Assembly (NCBI GenBank): GCA_023954745.1 | Contig: JAGSHC010000001.1 | Span: 14,356-78,355, forward strand | DNA from: Deltaproteobacteria bacterium | Lineage (GTDB): Bacteria > Myxococcota_A > UBA796 > UBA9615 | Reading direction: 5' to 3' | DNA length: 64,000 nt | Shown: positions 1 through 11,144 of the stretch, piece after piece | Layout of the letters: every line of letters begins with the position of its first letter | How positions within the stretch are numbered: the first letter of the stretch is position 1 | The notes under the pieces: model-generated | Databases searched by the model: none | Seen by the model: the letters and a program-made list of their open reading frames with translations, nothing else | What the model was told of the DNA's origin: nothing | Position numbers and translations under genes: made by a program

Positions 1-211
1 CCTTCTCCTTGATCGAGGCGACGAGCTCCGCGAGGGGCTCTTCGGCGAAGTGACGACGAGGCTGGAACGGGTTCGCCCGAATCTCGTCAATGGGGATGTG
101 CACCACCGCACCGGCGGCGAGAGCAGCGCGGGGCCCGCCCTCCATCTCCGCGCCAGCAGCGTCGGGGATGAGGGAGGCGAGACCGCGTCCGAGGGTTCTG
201 CGCTTGTTCAT
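1..211 (-). CDS. parB: ParB/Spo0J chromosome partitioning protein (N-terminal part; runs off window start)
   Basis: Not in ORF track. Manual translation from ATG at 211 gives MNKRRTLGRGLASLIP...VVHIPIDEIRANPFQPRRHFAEEPLAELVASIKEK (LGRGL ParA-stimulating peptide, NPFQPR motif). Lies directly downstream of parA. Confidence 0.95.
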   Translation of the reverse strand, partial: MNKRRTLGRGLASLIPDAAGAEMEGGPRAALAAGAVVHIPIDEIRANPFQPRRHFAEEPLAELVASIKEK

Positions 212-224
212 GTCTGCTTCCCTC

Positions 225-1034
225 CTATGCGCTCAGCGCTGCGTTCGTCAGCGTCTGGCGTGACACCTGGATGCCGTGGCGAGCGAGCAGCTCGCGGGTG
301 AGGCCCATGTAGGCCTGGGCGCCCTTGGCGTCGATGTCGTAGAGGATGATTGGCTTGCCGAACGACGGAGCCTCACCAAGGCGCACGTTGCGCGGGATGA
401 TCGTCTCGAAGACCTTGTCGCCGAAGTGGCGCTGCACGTCCGCTGCGACCTGCTGGTTGAGGCGGTTCCGCCCGTCGTAGAGCGTCAGCAAGACACCTTC
501 GAGGACCAGCCTGGGGTTCAGGCGTCTCTGGATGAGCCGGATGGTGCGAGTCAGCTCTCCGAGGCCCTCGAGGGCGTAGTACTCGGTCTGAAGCGGAATC
601 AGCACCGCGTCGGCCGCGGTCAGGGCGTTCACGGTCAGCAGCCCGAGGCTCGGGGCGCAGTCGATGATGATCCAGTCGTAGTCCGACTCGACCGCCTCGA
701 TCTTGTCCGCGAGGACGTGCTCACGCGCGAGCGCGCTCGTCAGTTCGACCTCCGCGCCCACCAGGTCCGTGTTCGAGGGCGCCACGTGCAGGGTGCTGAG
801 CTCCGTCTGCCGAACGATGTTCCGGATCGGCTCGTCGTGCACCAGCACGTCGTAGAGCGAGCCACCGTCACTGTGCTTGTCCACACCGAGGCCGGACGTG
901 GCGTTCCCTTGCGGGTCCATGTCCACGAGCAACACCCGCTGCTCCGCCGCGGCCAGGCAGGCCCCGAGGTTGACTGCGGTCGTCGTCTTTCCGACGCCGC
1001 CCTTCTGATTGGAGATCGCGATGATGCGCGCCAT
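225..1034 (-). CDS. parA: ParA/Soj ATPase
   Basis: MARIIAISNQKGGVGKTTT deviant Walker A, DMDPQGNAT, IIDCAPSLG, PRNVRLGEAPSFGKP. Start trimmed to ATG 1034. Confidence 0.97.
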   Translation of the reverse strand: MARIIAISNQKGGVGKTTTAVNLGACLAAAEQRVLLVDMDPQGNATSGLGVDKHSDGGSLYDVLVHDEPIRNIVRQTELSTLHVAPSNTDLVGAEVELTSALAREHVLADKIEAVESDYDWIIIDCAPSLGLLTVNALTAADAVLIPLQTEYYALEGLGELTRTIRLIQRRLNPRLVLEGVLLTLYDGRNRLNQQVAADVQRHFGDKVFETIIPRNVRLGEAPSFGKPIILYDIDAKGAQAYMGLTRELLARHGIQVSRQTLTNAALSA

Positions 1035-1097
1035 CGAGCGCCTTCCGTTCGTTGTCTGTGGAGGCAAAACGTGCGCTTGCACGCTCCACACGGTCGG

Positions 1098-1127
1098 AAC
1101 GTAAAACAGCGCATAATCCCCACGCAA
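1098..1127 (-). promoter_or_regulatory. Putative sigma70 promoter for parAB
   Basis: Minus strand TTGCGT-18 nt-TACGTT upstream of parA. Confidence 0.45.
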
Positions 1128-1236
1128 CGCTTTTATGGGAAAAAGAGACGCGGACGGCGGAAGGACTCTCGCAAGTCCTGATCACTGCTTGTTTTACGGA
1201 TCACTTGCGCGAGGCAACAAAATCTCGACGGGCTCT

Positions 1237-1875
1237 TTAGGGGACGATCCGGACCAGCAATTCGCGGTGATCGCCCGCCATGTCGGCGCGAAAATTCCCA
1301 TAGACCGACCGCCAGCCTTCTGGTGGCCACTTCTGGGCCTCCTCGATGCGAGCGGAGCTCGTGCTGACGAGGGCGCGTGTGCAGTTCCACGCGGCGGCTT
1401 CCCGCAGCGCATCTTCGGGAGCCGCGAAGGCGCGGGAGACAAACAGGAGATCCGGAAGGTCGACTCCGGATCGCACATCCTCGGACCGACCGTGATGCAC
1501 GGTGACCTGGGCTAGTCCCATCGCACGCGCCGCCTCTCGGAGATAGGCCGCTCGTTTCCGTCGCGCCTCCACCAGGTGAAACGGCACCTCGGGATAGTCC
1601 GCCGCCAACAGCAGGCCCGGAAGGCCCGCGCCCGAGCCCACGTCCACGGCAGCTCCAAAGGACTCTTCTCCAAGCGCAGCCCGACTCAGCCACGAGTCCC
1701 GCAGACCCTTGGCCAGCAGCTGCTCGGGAGTCCGCCAGCCCACGATGCGCTGAGCGCGGGACCAACGCGCCAGCACCTCGGTCCAGGTAGCCAGACGCTC
1801 CGCGGTCTCCTCCGAGATCGGGTGCACCTCGGCGAGCGCCGTCCGGATCGTCTCCACTCCAATGCGCAGGCTCAT
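1237..1875 (-). CDS. rsmG: 16S rRNA m7G527 methyltransferase RsmG (GidB)
   Basis: [13 protein letters not shown]-binding motif, [17 protein letters not shown]. Conserved position between mnmG and parA. Confidence 0.93.
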   Translation of the reverse strand: MSLRIGVETIRTALAEVHPISEETAERLATWTEVLARWSRAQRIVGWRTPEQLLAKGLRDSWLSRAALGEESFGAAVDVGSGAGLPGLLLAADYPEVPFHLVEARRKRAAYLREAARAMGLAQVTVHHGRSEDVRSGVDLPDLLFVSRAFAAPEDALREAAAWNCTRALVSTSSARIEEAQKWPPEGWRSVYGNFRADMAGDHRELLVRIVP

Positions 1876-3767
1876 GTCCGTCTCCGGTGGGGGGCTAGAC
1901 CACCTCGAATCCGCGCGGCGACCAAGGCGAGGGCCGCCGGCGTCATGCCTGGAATCCGCGCCGCTGCATCGAGCGTCTCAGGACGGACGCGCCCCAGCTT
2001 CTCCACCAGCTCGTGACGCAGGCCGGGAATCCCGTGAAACACGAACTCCGCCGGGATCTTCAGGCCTCCCAGCTGCCGCACGCGCTCCACCTCGATCTCC
2101 TGACGGCGGATGTACCCCCGGTACCGGCACTGCACCACCACCTGGTCCACCTCGTCGTCTGTGAGGGTCGGGAGGGGGAGCTCCGCAGCGTGAGCCAAGG
2201 AGCGCAGCTCGAGGTTTGGCCGGCGAAGCAGCTCCGCCACCGAGCGTCGGTTCGTCACCGGCTGCTCCCCCTGCTCCACGAGCCACGCCGCGAGCCTTGG
2301 ACTCGGCTCCACCCGGGTGGCATCCGCCCACGCGATCCCTTGGTCCACCGCCGCTCGTCGAGCCAGGAAGCGGGTCCACCGTGCCTCGTCCACGAGCCCC
2401 ACGCGGCGGCCCGTGGGCGTCAGCCGCAGGTCGGCGTTGTCCTCCCGAAGGAGAAGTCGGAACTCCGCCCGGCTGGTGAACATGCGGTAGGGCTCGCTGG
2501 TCCCCTTCGTGGTCAGGTCGTCCACGAGCACACCGATGTAGGCCTCGTCACGTCGGAGCACCAGGGGCGGGTCCCCAGTGGCCGACAGCGCCGCGTTGAT
2601 CCCCGCGAGGATGCCCTGAGCGGCTGCCTCTTCGTAGCCGGTGGTCCCGTTGATCTGGCCCGCCAGCCAGAGGCCCTTCACCTCCCTCGACTGAAGGGTC
2701 GCGTCGAGCTGGCGGGGGTCCCCGTAGTCGTACTCGATGGCGTAGCCAGGCCGCACGATGCGCGCCTCCTCGAGGCCCTCCATCGTGTGAATCGCCGCGA
2801 CCTGCACCTCCACCGGCAAGCTCGTGCTGAACCCGTTGGGATACACCTCCCGCGTGGCGAGGCCTTCCGGCTCGAGGAACACCCGGTGGCTCGTCTTCTG
2901 GGGGAAACGGACGACCTTGTCCTCGATGGCCGGGCAGTACCGAGGGCCCACACCGTCGATGCTGGCGTCCGGCCCGTAGATCGGCGAGTGACGAAGACCG
3001 TCGCGGATGGCCTCATGGGTGGCCTCGTTGGTGGCAGTCACCCCGCAGCGAACCTGCGGAAGCGACGACGGAGCCCCGTGGAACGAGAACCGGCCGCCAG
3101 GATGATCACCCTCCTGCGGCGGCAGCCGAGCCCAGTCGATGGTGCGCCCGTCGAGGCGTGGAACCGTTCCGGTCTTGAGCCGGCCCAACCGGTGCCCCAG
3201 CCGCGTGAGTGCCGCAGAGAGACCCTCGGCCGCTGGAGCCCCGTTGCCCCCGCCAGGGCGCGCGTGAGTGCCCGTGTGCAGCCGTCCCCGCAGGTAGGTG
3301 CCGGTGGTCACGATGGCGGTACGGCATGGGATGACGCTGCCATCAGCGAGGCTCACGCCCACGAGCGTGAGATGTTCCACGAGAAACTCACGCGCCTCCC
3401 CCTGCACCACCGTGAGCCCCATCTGCTCACGGCACACCTGCGTCATGCGGCGCTGATACAGGTGCCGGTCCACCTGGCTGCGACTGCTGCGAGCAGCTAA
3501 ACCCTTGCGAGTATTGAGGAATTTAAACTGGACGCTCGTCTGATCGGCGGTGAGAGCCATCTGACCACCGAGGGCATCGATCTCCCGAACGAGGTGCCCC
3601 TTGGCCTGTCCACCGATGGCCGGATTGCATGGCATGCGGCCGATCCCGGACGCCCGGAGGGTGACCAACACCGTGGAACGACCCATGCGCGCCGAAGCGA
3701 GCGCCGCCTCGACTCCCGCATGTCCACCGCCAATCACGACGACATCGACCGTGTCCCGTCCACTCAT
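1872..3767 (-). CDS. mnmG: tRNA uridine-5-carboxymethylaminomethyl(34) synthesis enzyme MnmG (GidA)
   Basis: [56 protein letters not shown]. Start trimmed to ATG 3767. Confidence 0.98.
   Translation of the reverse strand: MSGRDTVDVVVIGGGHAGVEAALASARMGRSTVLVTLRASGIGRMPCNPAIGGQAKGHLVREIDALGGQMALTADQTSVQFKFLNTRKGLAARSSRSQVDRHLYQRRMTQVCREQMGLTVVQGEAREFLVEHLTLVGVSLADGSVIPCRTAIVTTGTYLRGRLHTGTHARPGGGNGAPAAEGLSAALTRLGHRLGRLKTGTVPRLDGRTIDWARLPPQEGDHPGGRFSFHGAPSSLPQVRCGVTATNEATHEAIRDGLRHSPIYGPDASIDGVGPRYCPAIEDKVVRFPQKTSHRVFLEPEGLATREVYPNGFSTSLPVEVQVAAIHTMEGLEEARIVRPGYAIEYDYGDPRQLDATLQSREVKGLWLAGQINGTTGYEEAAAQGILAGINAALSATGDPPLVLRRDEAYIGVLVDDLTTKGTSEPYRMFTSRAEFRLLLREDNADLRLTPTGRRVGLVDEARWTRFLARRAAVDQGIAWADATRVEPSPRLAAWLVEQGEQPVTNRRSVAELLRRPNLELRSLAHAAELPLPTLTDDEVDQVVVQCRYRGYIRRQEIEVERVRQLGGLKIPAEFVFHGIPGLRHELVEKLGRVRPETLDAAARIPGMTPAALALVAARIRGGLAPHRRRT
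3373..3388. promoter_or_regulatory. Degenerate parS inside mnmG
   Basis: TGTTCCACGAGAAACT, 2 mismatches to TGTTNCACGTGAAACA. Confidence 0.5.
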
Positions 3768-3800
3768 GGCGCGGGAGGGTAACAGCCCGATCTGACGCCA

Positions 3801-3834
3801 TGTTTCACGGGAAACACGCATTTCACGTGAAACA
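3801..3834. promoter_or_regulatory. parS: Tandem parS centromere sites
   Basis: TGTTTCACGGGAAACA (3801-3816, 1 mismatch) and CATTTCACGTGAAACA (3819-3834, 2 mismatches) versus consensus TGTTTCACGTGAAACA. Close to parAB and oriC. Confidence 0.9.
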
Positions 3835-3966
3835 AGGCCCCAAGGATCCTGGCCGAGGTACCCCCTGGGTACCCCTCGGAGTGGGTCTCTATTCTCCTTG
3901 TTTTCCTTATCTAAGGAACGAGATCTGCGCGTCCGCCAGAGGGGGGACGACGCGGGGTGTCCCCGC

Positions 3967-5346
3967 CTACTTCCCGATGCAGAAGCGGGCGAAGAGCTCG
4001 TCGAGCACACGCTCGTCGACCCACTGTCCGGTCAGCTCCTCGAGGGCGCGCCCCGCCCGGCGCAAGGCCACCGCCGCCAACACCGGCTCCTCAGGGCCCG
4101 CTCCCAACGCTTCCCCGACAGCACCGTGGGCAGCAACCATGGCGTCCTCCTGACGGGCCGTGTGGAGCACCAGCTCCGCGGGACCTGTCGACACCTCACT
4201 GGCCGTGACGATGGCGTCGCGCACCGCCTCGAGGCCAGTCCCGCCCGGACCATCGACCAGGGTCCATTCCTCGCCCAGCGCTCTACGTTGGGCGTCCGTC
4301 AGGAGGTCTGCGTGGGTCGCCACGGCCACCGTGGGCGCCGTGGATGGCGCGGAAAGGGCAGCATCCTGATGGAGAGAGTCAGCCGGTCTCCGGCCGTCCT
4401 GCACCAGAACGACCACGTCCGCCTCGGAGCGCGCGCGACTCGATCGCTCGATGCCGATGGCTTCCACCGGATCACTCGTCTCGCGAAGGCCCGCGGTGTC
4501 CTCGAGGCGAAAAGCGACCCCCGCCCACTCCACCGTCTCGGAGACGACGTCGCGCGTGGTGCCGGCGATGGGCGAGACGATGGCGCGGTCGTGGCCGAGC
4601 AACGCGTTGAGCAGCGTCGACTTCCCTGCGTTGACGGGACCCGTGATGGCGACTCTGACCCCATCGAGGAGACGCCGTCCAGCGCGTGCGGTGTCGACGA
4701 GTGCACCCATCTCCCGCGAGAGATCGGCCAGCCCGTCGAGGTGATGGGCCACCTCGTCTTCCTCGACCTCATCGGGAAAGTCCACGAGGGCCTCGAGCGC
4801 CACGGCTGCCCCCAGGAGACGTCCCGTCCACCCGTGGAGGCGCTGCCCCAGCTCGCCCCCCAGATGCCGCTGAGCGACCCGTGCGGCGGCCGCGCTGGGT
4901 GCTCGAATCAGCGCATCGACCCCTTCGGCCTGGAGCATCGACAGCTTGCCGTGGGCGAGGGCTCGCCGAGTGAACTCCCCGGGCCCCGCCAACCGGGCTC
5001 CCCCCGCGACACAGGCATCGAGGGCCAAGCGCAGAAGCACGGGGTTGCCGTGCATCTGGAGCTCGACGACGTGTTCGCCGGTGTAGCTGTGCGGGGCTCG
5101 AAACCAAGCGAGAAGAGCGCGATCGAGCGGCCGATTCGCCACGTCGTGCACGGTCACCAGAGTCAGACGACGGTCCTGGGACTCCGAGGGAGTCCGACGC
5201 GTCAGCTGATGGACAATGCGCTCGAGACCGGCGAGCTCGCCCGAGAGGCGCACGACGCCGATGGCTCCACGCCCTTGGGGCGTCGAGACCGCGACAATGA
5301 CGTCGTCCACGAGATGGGCGGCCTGCCCGAGAAGGGAGTCCGCCAC
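3967..5346 (-). CDS. mnmE: tRNA modification GTPase MnmE (TrmE)
   Basis: [51 protein letters not shown]-terminal FCIGK. Confidence 0.98.
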   Translation of the reverse strand: MADSLLGQAAHLVDDVIVAVSTPQGRGAIGVVRLSGELAGLERIVHQLTRRTPSESQDRRLTLVTVHDVANRPLDRALLAWFRAPHSYTGEHVVELQMHGNPVLLRLALDACVAGGARLAGPGEFTRRALAHGKLSMLQAEGVDALIRAPSAAAARVAQRHLGGELGQRLHGWTGRLLGAAVALEALVDFPDEVEEDEVAHHLDGLADLSREMGALVDTARAGRRLLDGVRVAITGPVNAGKSTLLNALLGHDRAIVSPIAGTTRDVVSETVEWAGVAFRLEDTAGLRETSDPVEAIGIERSSRARSEADVVVLVQDGRRPADSLHQDAALSAPSTAPTVAVATHADLLTDAQRRALGEEWTLVDGPGGTGLEAVRDAIVTASEVSTGPAELVLHTARQEDAMVAAHGAVGEALGAGPEEPVLAAVALRRAGRALEELTGQWVDERVLDELFARFCIGK

Positions 5347-5353
5347 CGGGTGA

Positions 5354-6003
5354 CTAGTCGTCGTCGTCCGGCTTGATCTTCACGGACTTGAAGGAGCCTT
5401 CCCCGACGGACTTGCTCTTCACACCCTCGGTCTCCTTGACCATGTTGTGCACCACGTGGCGCTCGTAGCCGTTCATGCGGCGCAGAGTCACGGAGTCACC
5501 GGTGTTCAAGACCCGGTTGATGCCCTCGCGGATTTCGTCCTCGAGCTCCGCCTCGCGGTCTCCGAGGTAGCCGTCGACGTCCAGGGACACCTTGCCCTCG
5601 ACCCCAGACTTCGCCATCACCTTGCCGAACAGGTGCTGGAACGCGGGGAGGTTCTTGCCCTCGCGTCCGATCAGCAGTCGCCCGTCTTCGGCGCCGGCGA
5701 TGTCGATGACGAGACGGTCACCGTGCCGCCAGGTCCGGAGCGCAGCACCGTTGTCGAACCAGCCGAGCAGCTCGCGCAGCCAGGCCTTGCCCGTGCTGGT
5801 GAGCTCTTCGTCGGCCTTTCGGGCCTCGAGCACGGCGGGATCGAGCTCGCGGGCCTTGACCAGAACCGACCAGGCGCCACCACGGAAGTGCTCGCGCTCG
5901 TAGGCCCAGTCCATGTCGTCAGGCGTCTCGACGCCGAGCTTCTTGGCTGCGTCGGCAAGGGCCTCGAAGAGGGTCGTTCCCTCGCCCTGATAGATGGTCT
6001 CGC

Positions 6004-6007
<4 letters not shown>
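5354..6007 (-). CDS. jag: Jag/KhpB (EloR) KH-R3H RNA-binding protein
   Basis: LLIGREGKNL KH GxxG loop, LDVDGY, ERHVVH R3H motif. ATG 6007 overlaps the yidC stop. Confidence 0.88.
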
Positions 6008-7739
<1,732 letters not shown>

Positions 7740-7743
<4 letters not shown>

Positions 7744-8045
7744 AGGGTCACCGCCTCAGCGGCGTCGGCGACAAACGCGCTGCCGTGATCATGGTCATGG
7801 GAGTGGTCGTGGCCACAGTCGTGGGGAGCCGGGAGGCTCGGGACCGGGTCGTAGCCGCCCGGGTATCCCGGGTGACAGCGCGCGAGTCGCTTGATGCCCA
7901 TCCAACCACCCCTGAACGCGCCAAAGCGCTCCACGGCTTCCATCGCGTAGACGGAGCAGGTGGGCTCGTAGCGACATGCAGGGGGGAGAGCGGGGGAGAT
8001 CCAGCGCTTGTAGAACCGGAGGGGGACGAGCAACAACCACTTCAT
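7740..8045 (-). CDS. yidD: Membrane protein insertion efficiency factor YidD with His-rich tail
   Basis: [19 protein letters not shown]...[17 protein letters not shown]. Confidence 0.95.
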
Positions 8046-8434
8046 GGCTCGTCCCTACTCCTCTTCGGGGCATTTGATTGCCCCCGACGATTCAACCAGC
8101 TGATGAGCTCGCCCAGTTCGGACTCGACGTCCGCAAGCTTCAGCGTCTGGGCGCCTTGCCTGGCGATGACCACCAGATCCCAGGGATGTGCCAGATCGTG
8201 GCGATGGTGTCGGTACCACTCCCGGAGTACGCGCTTGACCCGCGAACGGACCGGCGAATTCCCGACCTTCTTGCTTACCGTCAGGCCGACGCGCCCACCC
8301 GGATGATCAGGTGTGGATTGCGCCCAGGCGATCAGGAAGTGCTTCGTGCGAAAGGTGCGCGACCGCTTTCGGAGTTCTCGGTAATCCCGAGTCCGATGGA
8401 TCCGCACACTCCGCGGGAAGCGAGCGTCGGTCAG
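8042..8434 (-). CDS. rnpA: Ribonuclease P protein component (start uncertain, possibly CTG 8434)
   Basis: [33 protein letters not shown] (RNR-like motif), DLVVIAR. Follows rpmH. Confidence 0.92.
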   Translation of the reverse strand: MTDARFPRSVRIHRTRDYRELRKRSRTFRTKHFLIAWAQSTPDHPGGRVGLTVSKKVGNSPVRSRVKRVLREWYRHHRHDLAHPWDLVVIARQGAQTLKLADVESELGELISWLNRRGQSNAPKRSRDEP

Positions 8435-8435
8435 G

Positions 8436-8585
8436 CTACTTCGAGCTGATGGTCGGCACGAGGCTCTTACGCCCGCGACGACGGCGACGAGCCAAGATGG
8501 CGCGTCCGTTCTTGGTGGCCATGCGGGCACGGAATCCGTGGGTCCGCTTCCGCGAGATGTTCGACGGCTGGAAGGTGCGCTTCAT
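8436..8585 (-). CDS. rpmH: 50S ribosomal protein L34
   Basis: [42 protein letters not shown]. Confidence 0.98.
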   Translation of the reverse strand: MKRTFQPSNISRKRTHGFRARMATKNGRAILARRRRRGRKSLVPTISSK

Positions 8586-8628
8586 CGTTCGGCTCCGCCT
8601 ATTCGGGGTCTGGGTCGAAAGGCGCGCA

Positions 8629-8657
8629 AACGTATTGGAGGGTCGACGGGGTGTCAA
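8629..8657 (-). promoter_or_regulatory. sigma70 promoter of rpmH operon
   Basis: Minus strand TTGACA-17 nt-TACGTT. Confidence 0.8.
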
Positions 8658-8829
8658 GCATGCTCCGGTCGATCAATACGCCCCCCCGACCCCCCTCCCC
8701 ACGTCCGGTCTGGGCTCGTGACCTTTCGCCTATAGATACTCGCGCGCGAGCGCGCGCCCGCCGCGCGCGCCCGTCATTCGGATCGCTGGGCTGTTCGCTC
8801 GCCGGTCGAGACGACACTCCCTAGCGAGG

Positions 8830-8957
8830 GCGACGATCATCCAGGGGCGATCGCGACGATCGCTCAGAGGCGACGGCGACGATCATCCAGAGGCGATCGC
8901 GACGATCGTCCAGAGGCGATCGCGACGATCGTTCAGAGGCGATCGCGACGATCCTCC
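8830..8957. repeat. 23-bp tandem repeat, about 5.5 copies, GATC-rich
   Basis: Consensus GCGACGATC(A/G)TCCAGAGGCGATC starting at 8830, 8853, 8876, 8899, 8922 and 8945 (partial). Confidence 0.95.
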
Positions 8958-9337
8958 GGACCTGGCCCGCGCGATTCTCTCCGACCGAACTCGGGGGGGT
9001 CCCAGGCCGCAGATCCGTTGAATGCCGGGAGGCTTCAATGATTCTCTGCGTCGTCGACCCACCAGCTCCCTGCGCCCAACCCCAGCGCCGCCCGAGTCGG
9101 TTTCGTCGGATTGTCCCCGCTGCGTCGAGCGTTTCCGGTCGGATCTCAAAAACACGTACAAATGGCGCACGCAAGTACCTGCGGGAGACCACCAAAATGT
9201 CACCCGTCCAACAGGGGTCGATTCCCATCCCCGAGGTGGCATGACTGAGTTTGAACCGGAATCTGGCGCCAGTCCCGGCGTAGATTCCCAGGTTCGCAGT
9301 GCGCTGTTTTCGCCACCGAAATCCAGCTTCAGAGCCG

Positions 9338-9366
9338 TTGCGGGGGGTGGGGGCCAGGGGTAGCTT
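9338..9366 (+). promoter_or_regulatory. Putative sigma70 promoter of dnaA
   Basis: TTGCGG-17 nt-TAGCTT about 50 nt upstream of dnaA. Confidence 0.6.
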
Positions 9367-9416
9367 CAAATTCCTCGGCGGCCTCCGGGGTCAATCTTCA
9401 AGAAACGGGATGCAAT

Positions 9417-10760
9417 TTGATGCTTCGTTCCACCTGGGACGAGGTCTGTGCCCGCGTGCGTCAGGTCGAAGACCCCTTCTTCCATGACCCGTGGCTGGAC
9501 CGCTTGACGTTCGTCGACGCTGACGAGGACAGGGTGATCCTGGCCACGCCAAATCGGCTCTACGTGGAGTGGATTCAGGAGAACCTCGAGCCGAAGCTCC
9601 TCGAGCATGTTCAGGCCGTCACTGCGCGGCCGTACCTGATCGACTACGAGCTCGATGCATCCGTGGGACCGGGTCGGGGACCCGCCTCCGCGCGCGTCGA
9701 GACGCCCGAACCCATCACTCCGGCCTACGACTCCCACTTGAACATCCGCCACAGCTTCGAGAGCTTTGTGGTCGGCAGTGGAAACCAGTTCGCGACCGCG
9801 GCGTGTCAGAACGTGGCGGACGCACCGGCGCGGAACTACAACCCTCTGTTTCTCTTTGGCGGTGTCGGCCTCGGCAAGACCCACCTCCTCCACGCAATCG
9901 GCAACCGAATCCTCCAGGGGAATCCTTCGGCTCGGGTGCTCTACCTCTCTGCGAACGACTTCACCACCGAACTCATCAACTGCATCCGGTTCAAGCGGAT
10001 GGAGGAGTTCCGGGAGAAGTTCCGGCGGAACTGCGACGTCCTGCTGATGGACGACATCGAGTTCCTTGCGGGCAAGGAGCGGACCCAGGAGGAGTTCTTC
10101 CACACGTTCGAGGCCCTCCACGGCAGCGGGCGTCAGATCGTGGTCACTGCGGACCGCTATCCGAAGGACATTCAGGGGCTCGAGGAGCGTCTTCGCAGCC
10201 GCTTCGACTGGGGGCTGGTTGCGGACATCCAGCCACCGGACACCGAGACCAAGGTCGCCATCCTTCGCCGCAAGGCCGACGAAGAGGCCATCGAGATCCC
10301 CAACGATGTGGCCTTCTTCGTCGCGCGGCATGCCAAGGGCAACGTGCGAGAACTCGAGGGGACGCTCACCCGCCTCCTGGCCATGAGCAGCTTCCACGCC
10401 GCGCCCATCACCGTGGAGTTCGCTCGCAAGAGCCTCAACGGCTACCTGCAGGTGGAAGCCCGGCACACGACCGTCGACACCATCCAGAGCGGGGTCGCCC
10501 GCTTCTTTGGAGTGAAGGTGCAGGACCTCAAGGGTCCTCGACGCACCAAGCAGGTCGTCATGCCCCGTCAGATCGCCATGTACCTGGCGCGCAAGCACAC
10601 TGGACTGTCGCTCCCCGAGATTGGGAAGCGCTTTGGGGGGCGGGACCACACCACGGTCCTTCACGCCGTCCGCAAGGTGAGTCGAGTGCGTGGAGATGAC
10701 CCCAACTACCGCTCGCGTCTCGACGGCGTCACAAGGTCGCTGGGACTACCACTGGAGTAG
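9417..10760 (+). CDS. dnaA: Chromosomal replication initiator DnaA
   Basis: YNPLFLFGGVGLGKTHLL, LLMDDIEF, TQEEFFHTF, RLRSRF, domain IV PRQIAMYL...FGGRDHTTVLHA. Start TTG 9417 or ATG 9420. Confidence 0.99.
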   Translation: MMLRSTWDEVCARVRQVEDPFFHDPWLDRLTFVDADEDRVILATPNRLYVEWIQENLEPKLLEHVQAVTARPYLIDYELDASVGPGRGPASARVETPEPITPAYDSHLNIRHSFESFVVGSGNQFATAACQNVADAPARNYNPLFLFGGVGLGKTHLLHAIGNRILQGNPSARVLYLSANDFTTELINCIRFKRMEEFREKFRRNCDVLLMDDIEFLAGKERTQEEFFHTFEALHGSGRQIVVTADRYPKDIQGLEERLRSRFDWGLVADIQPPDTETKVAILRRKADEEAIEIPNDVAFFVARHAKGNVRELEGTLTRLLAMSSFHAAPITVEFARKSLNGYLQVEARHTTVDTIQSGVARFFGVKVQDLKGPRRTKQVVMPRQIAMYLARKHTGLSLPEIGKRFGGRDHTTVLHAVRKVSRVRGDDPNYRSRLDGVTRSLGLPLE

Positions 10761-11144
10761 AGATTCGAGTCGCCTCGAGGGAGGCGTCTGGACCCTTCTG
10801 GTCCGGCCAAATTTTTTGCCCGCGGAGGTCGTTGGTCGAAGGAACCAATGTCTCCGCACTGCTTTATCCGCATCACCCTGTGTACAAGTCGGTGGACATG
10901 CTGTTGAAGGGTCCGTGGACCAATTGTTAACGTTCGCACCTGCGAGCATCGATCTCGGTTATCCACGGAGATACACACCGGTGAATCCACCGGTTCTTCA
11001 CAGCAAATTACTGAGTCGTTGCAAGGAGTTCGGGGCCGTTTCCACAGAAACGCAGGCCTACAATCAACAACAAGAGATCAAAGAAAATGAGATCTCTTAT
11101 GAAGTGCATTGAGCGGCACCGAGCCGCCTGGAGCGTGTGACCCC
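10761..11144. other. oriC: Replication origin oriC (dnaA-dnaN intergenic)
   Basis: AT-richer spacer with DnaA-box-like 9-mers: TTATCCGCA 10864, TTGTACACA (rc) 10879, TTATCCACG 10959, TTCTTCACA 10994, GTTTCCACA 11038. Followed by GGCC and NAN trios 11059-11076. Gene orientation diverges nearby. Confidence 0.85.

Noticed and set aside
3768..4010. N-terminal extension of mnmG given in the ORF track
   Set aside because: It runs through parS and promoter DNA and overlaps mnmE; homology begins at [15 protein letters not shown].
8830..8957. 23-bp repeats as a CRISPR array
   Set aside because: Units are head-to-tail with no unique spacers, and there are no cas genes in the window.
8821..9369. ORFs across the rpmH-dnaA spacer (182 aa and 119 aa minus; 113 aa plus)
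   Set aside because: No recognisable motifs or SD; repeated peptides merely reflect the 23-bp DNA repeat; they overlap promoter elements.
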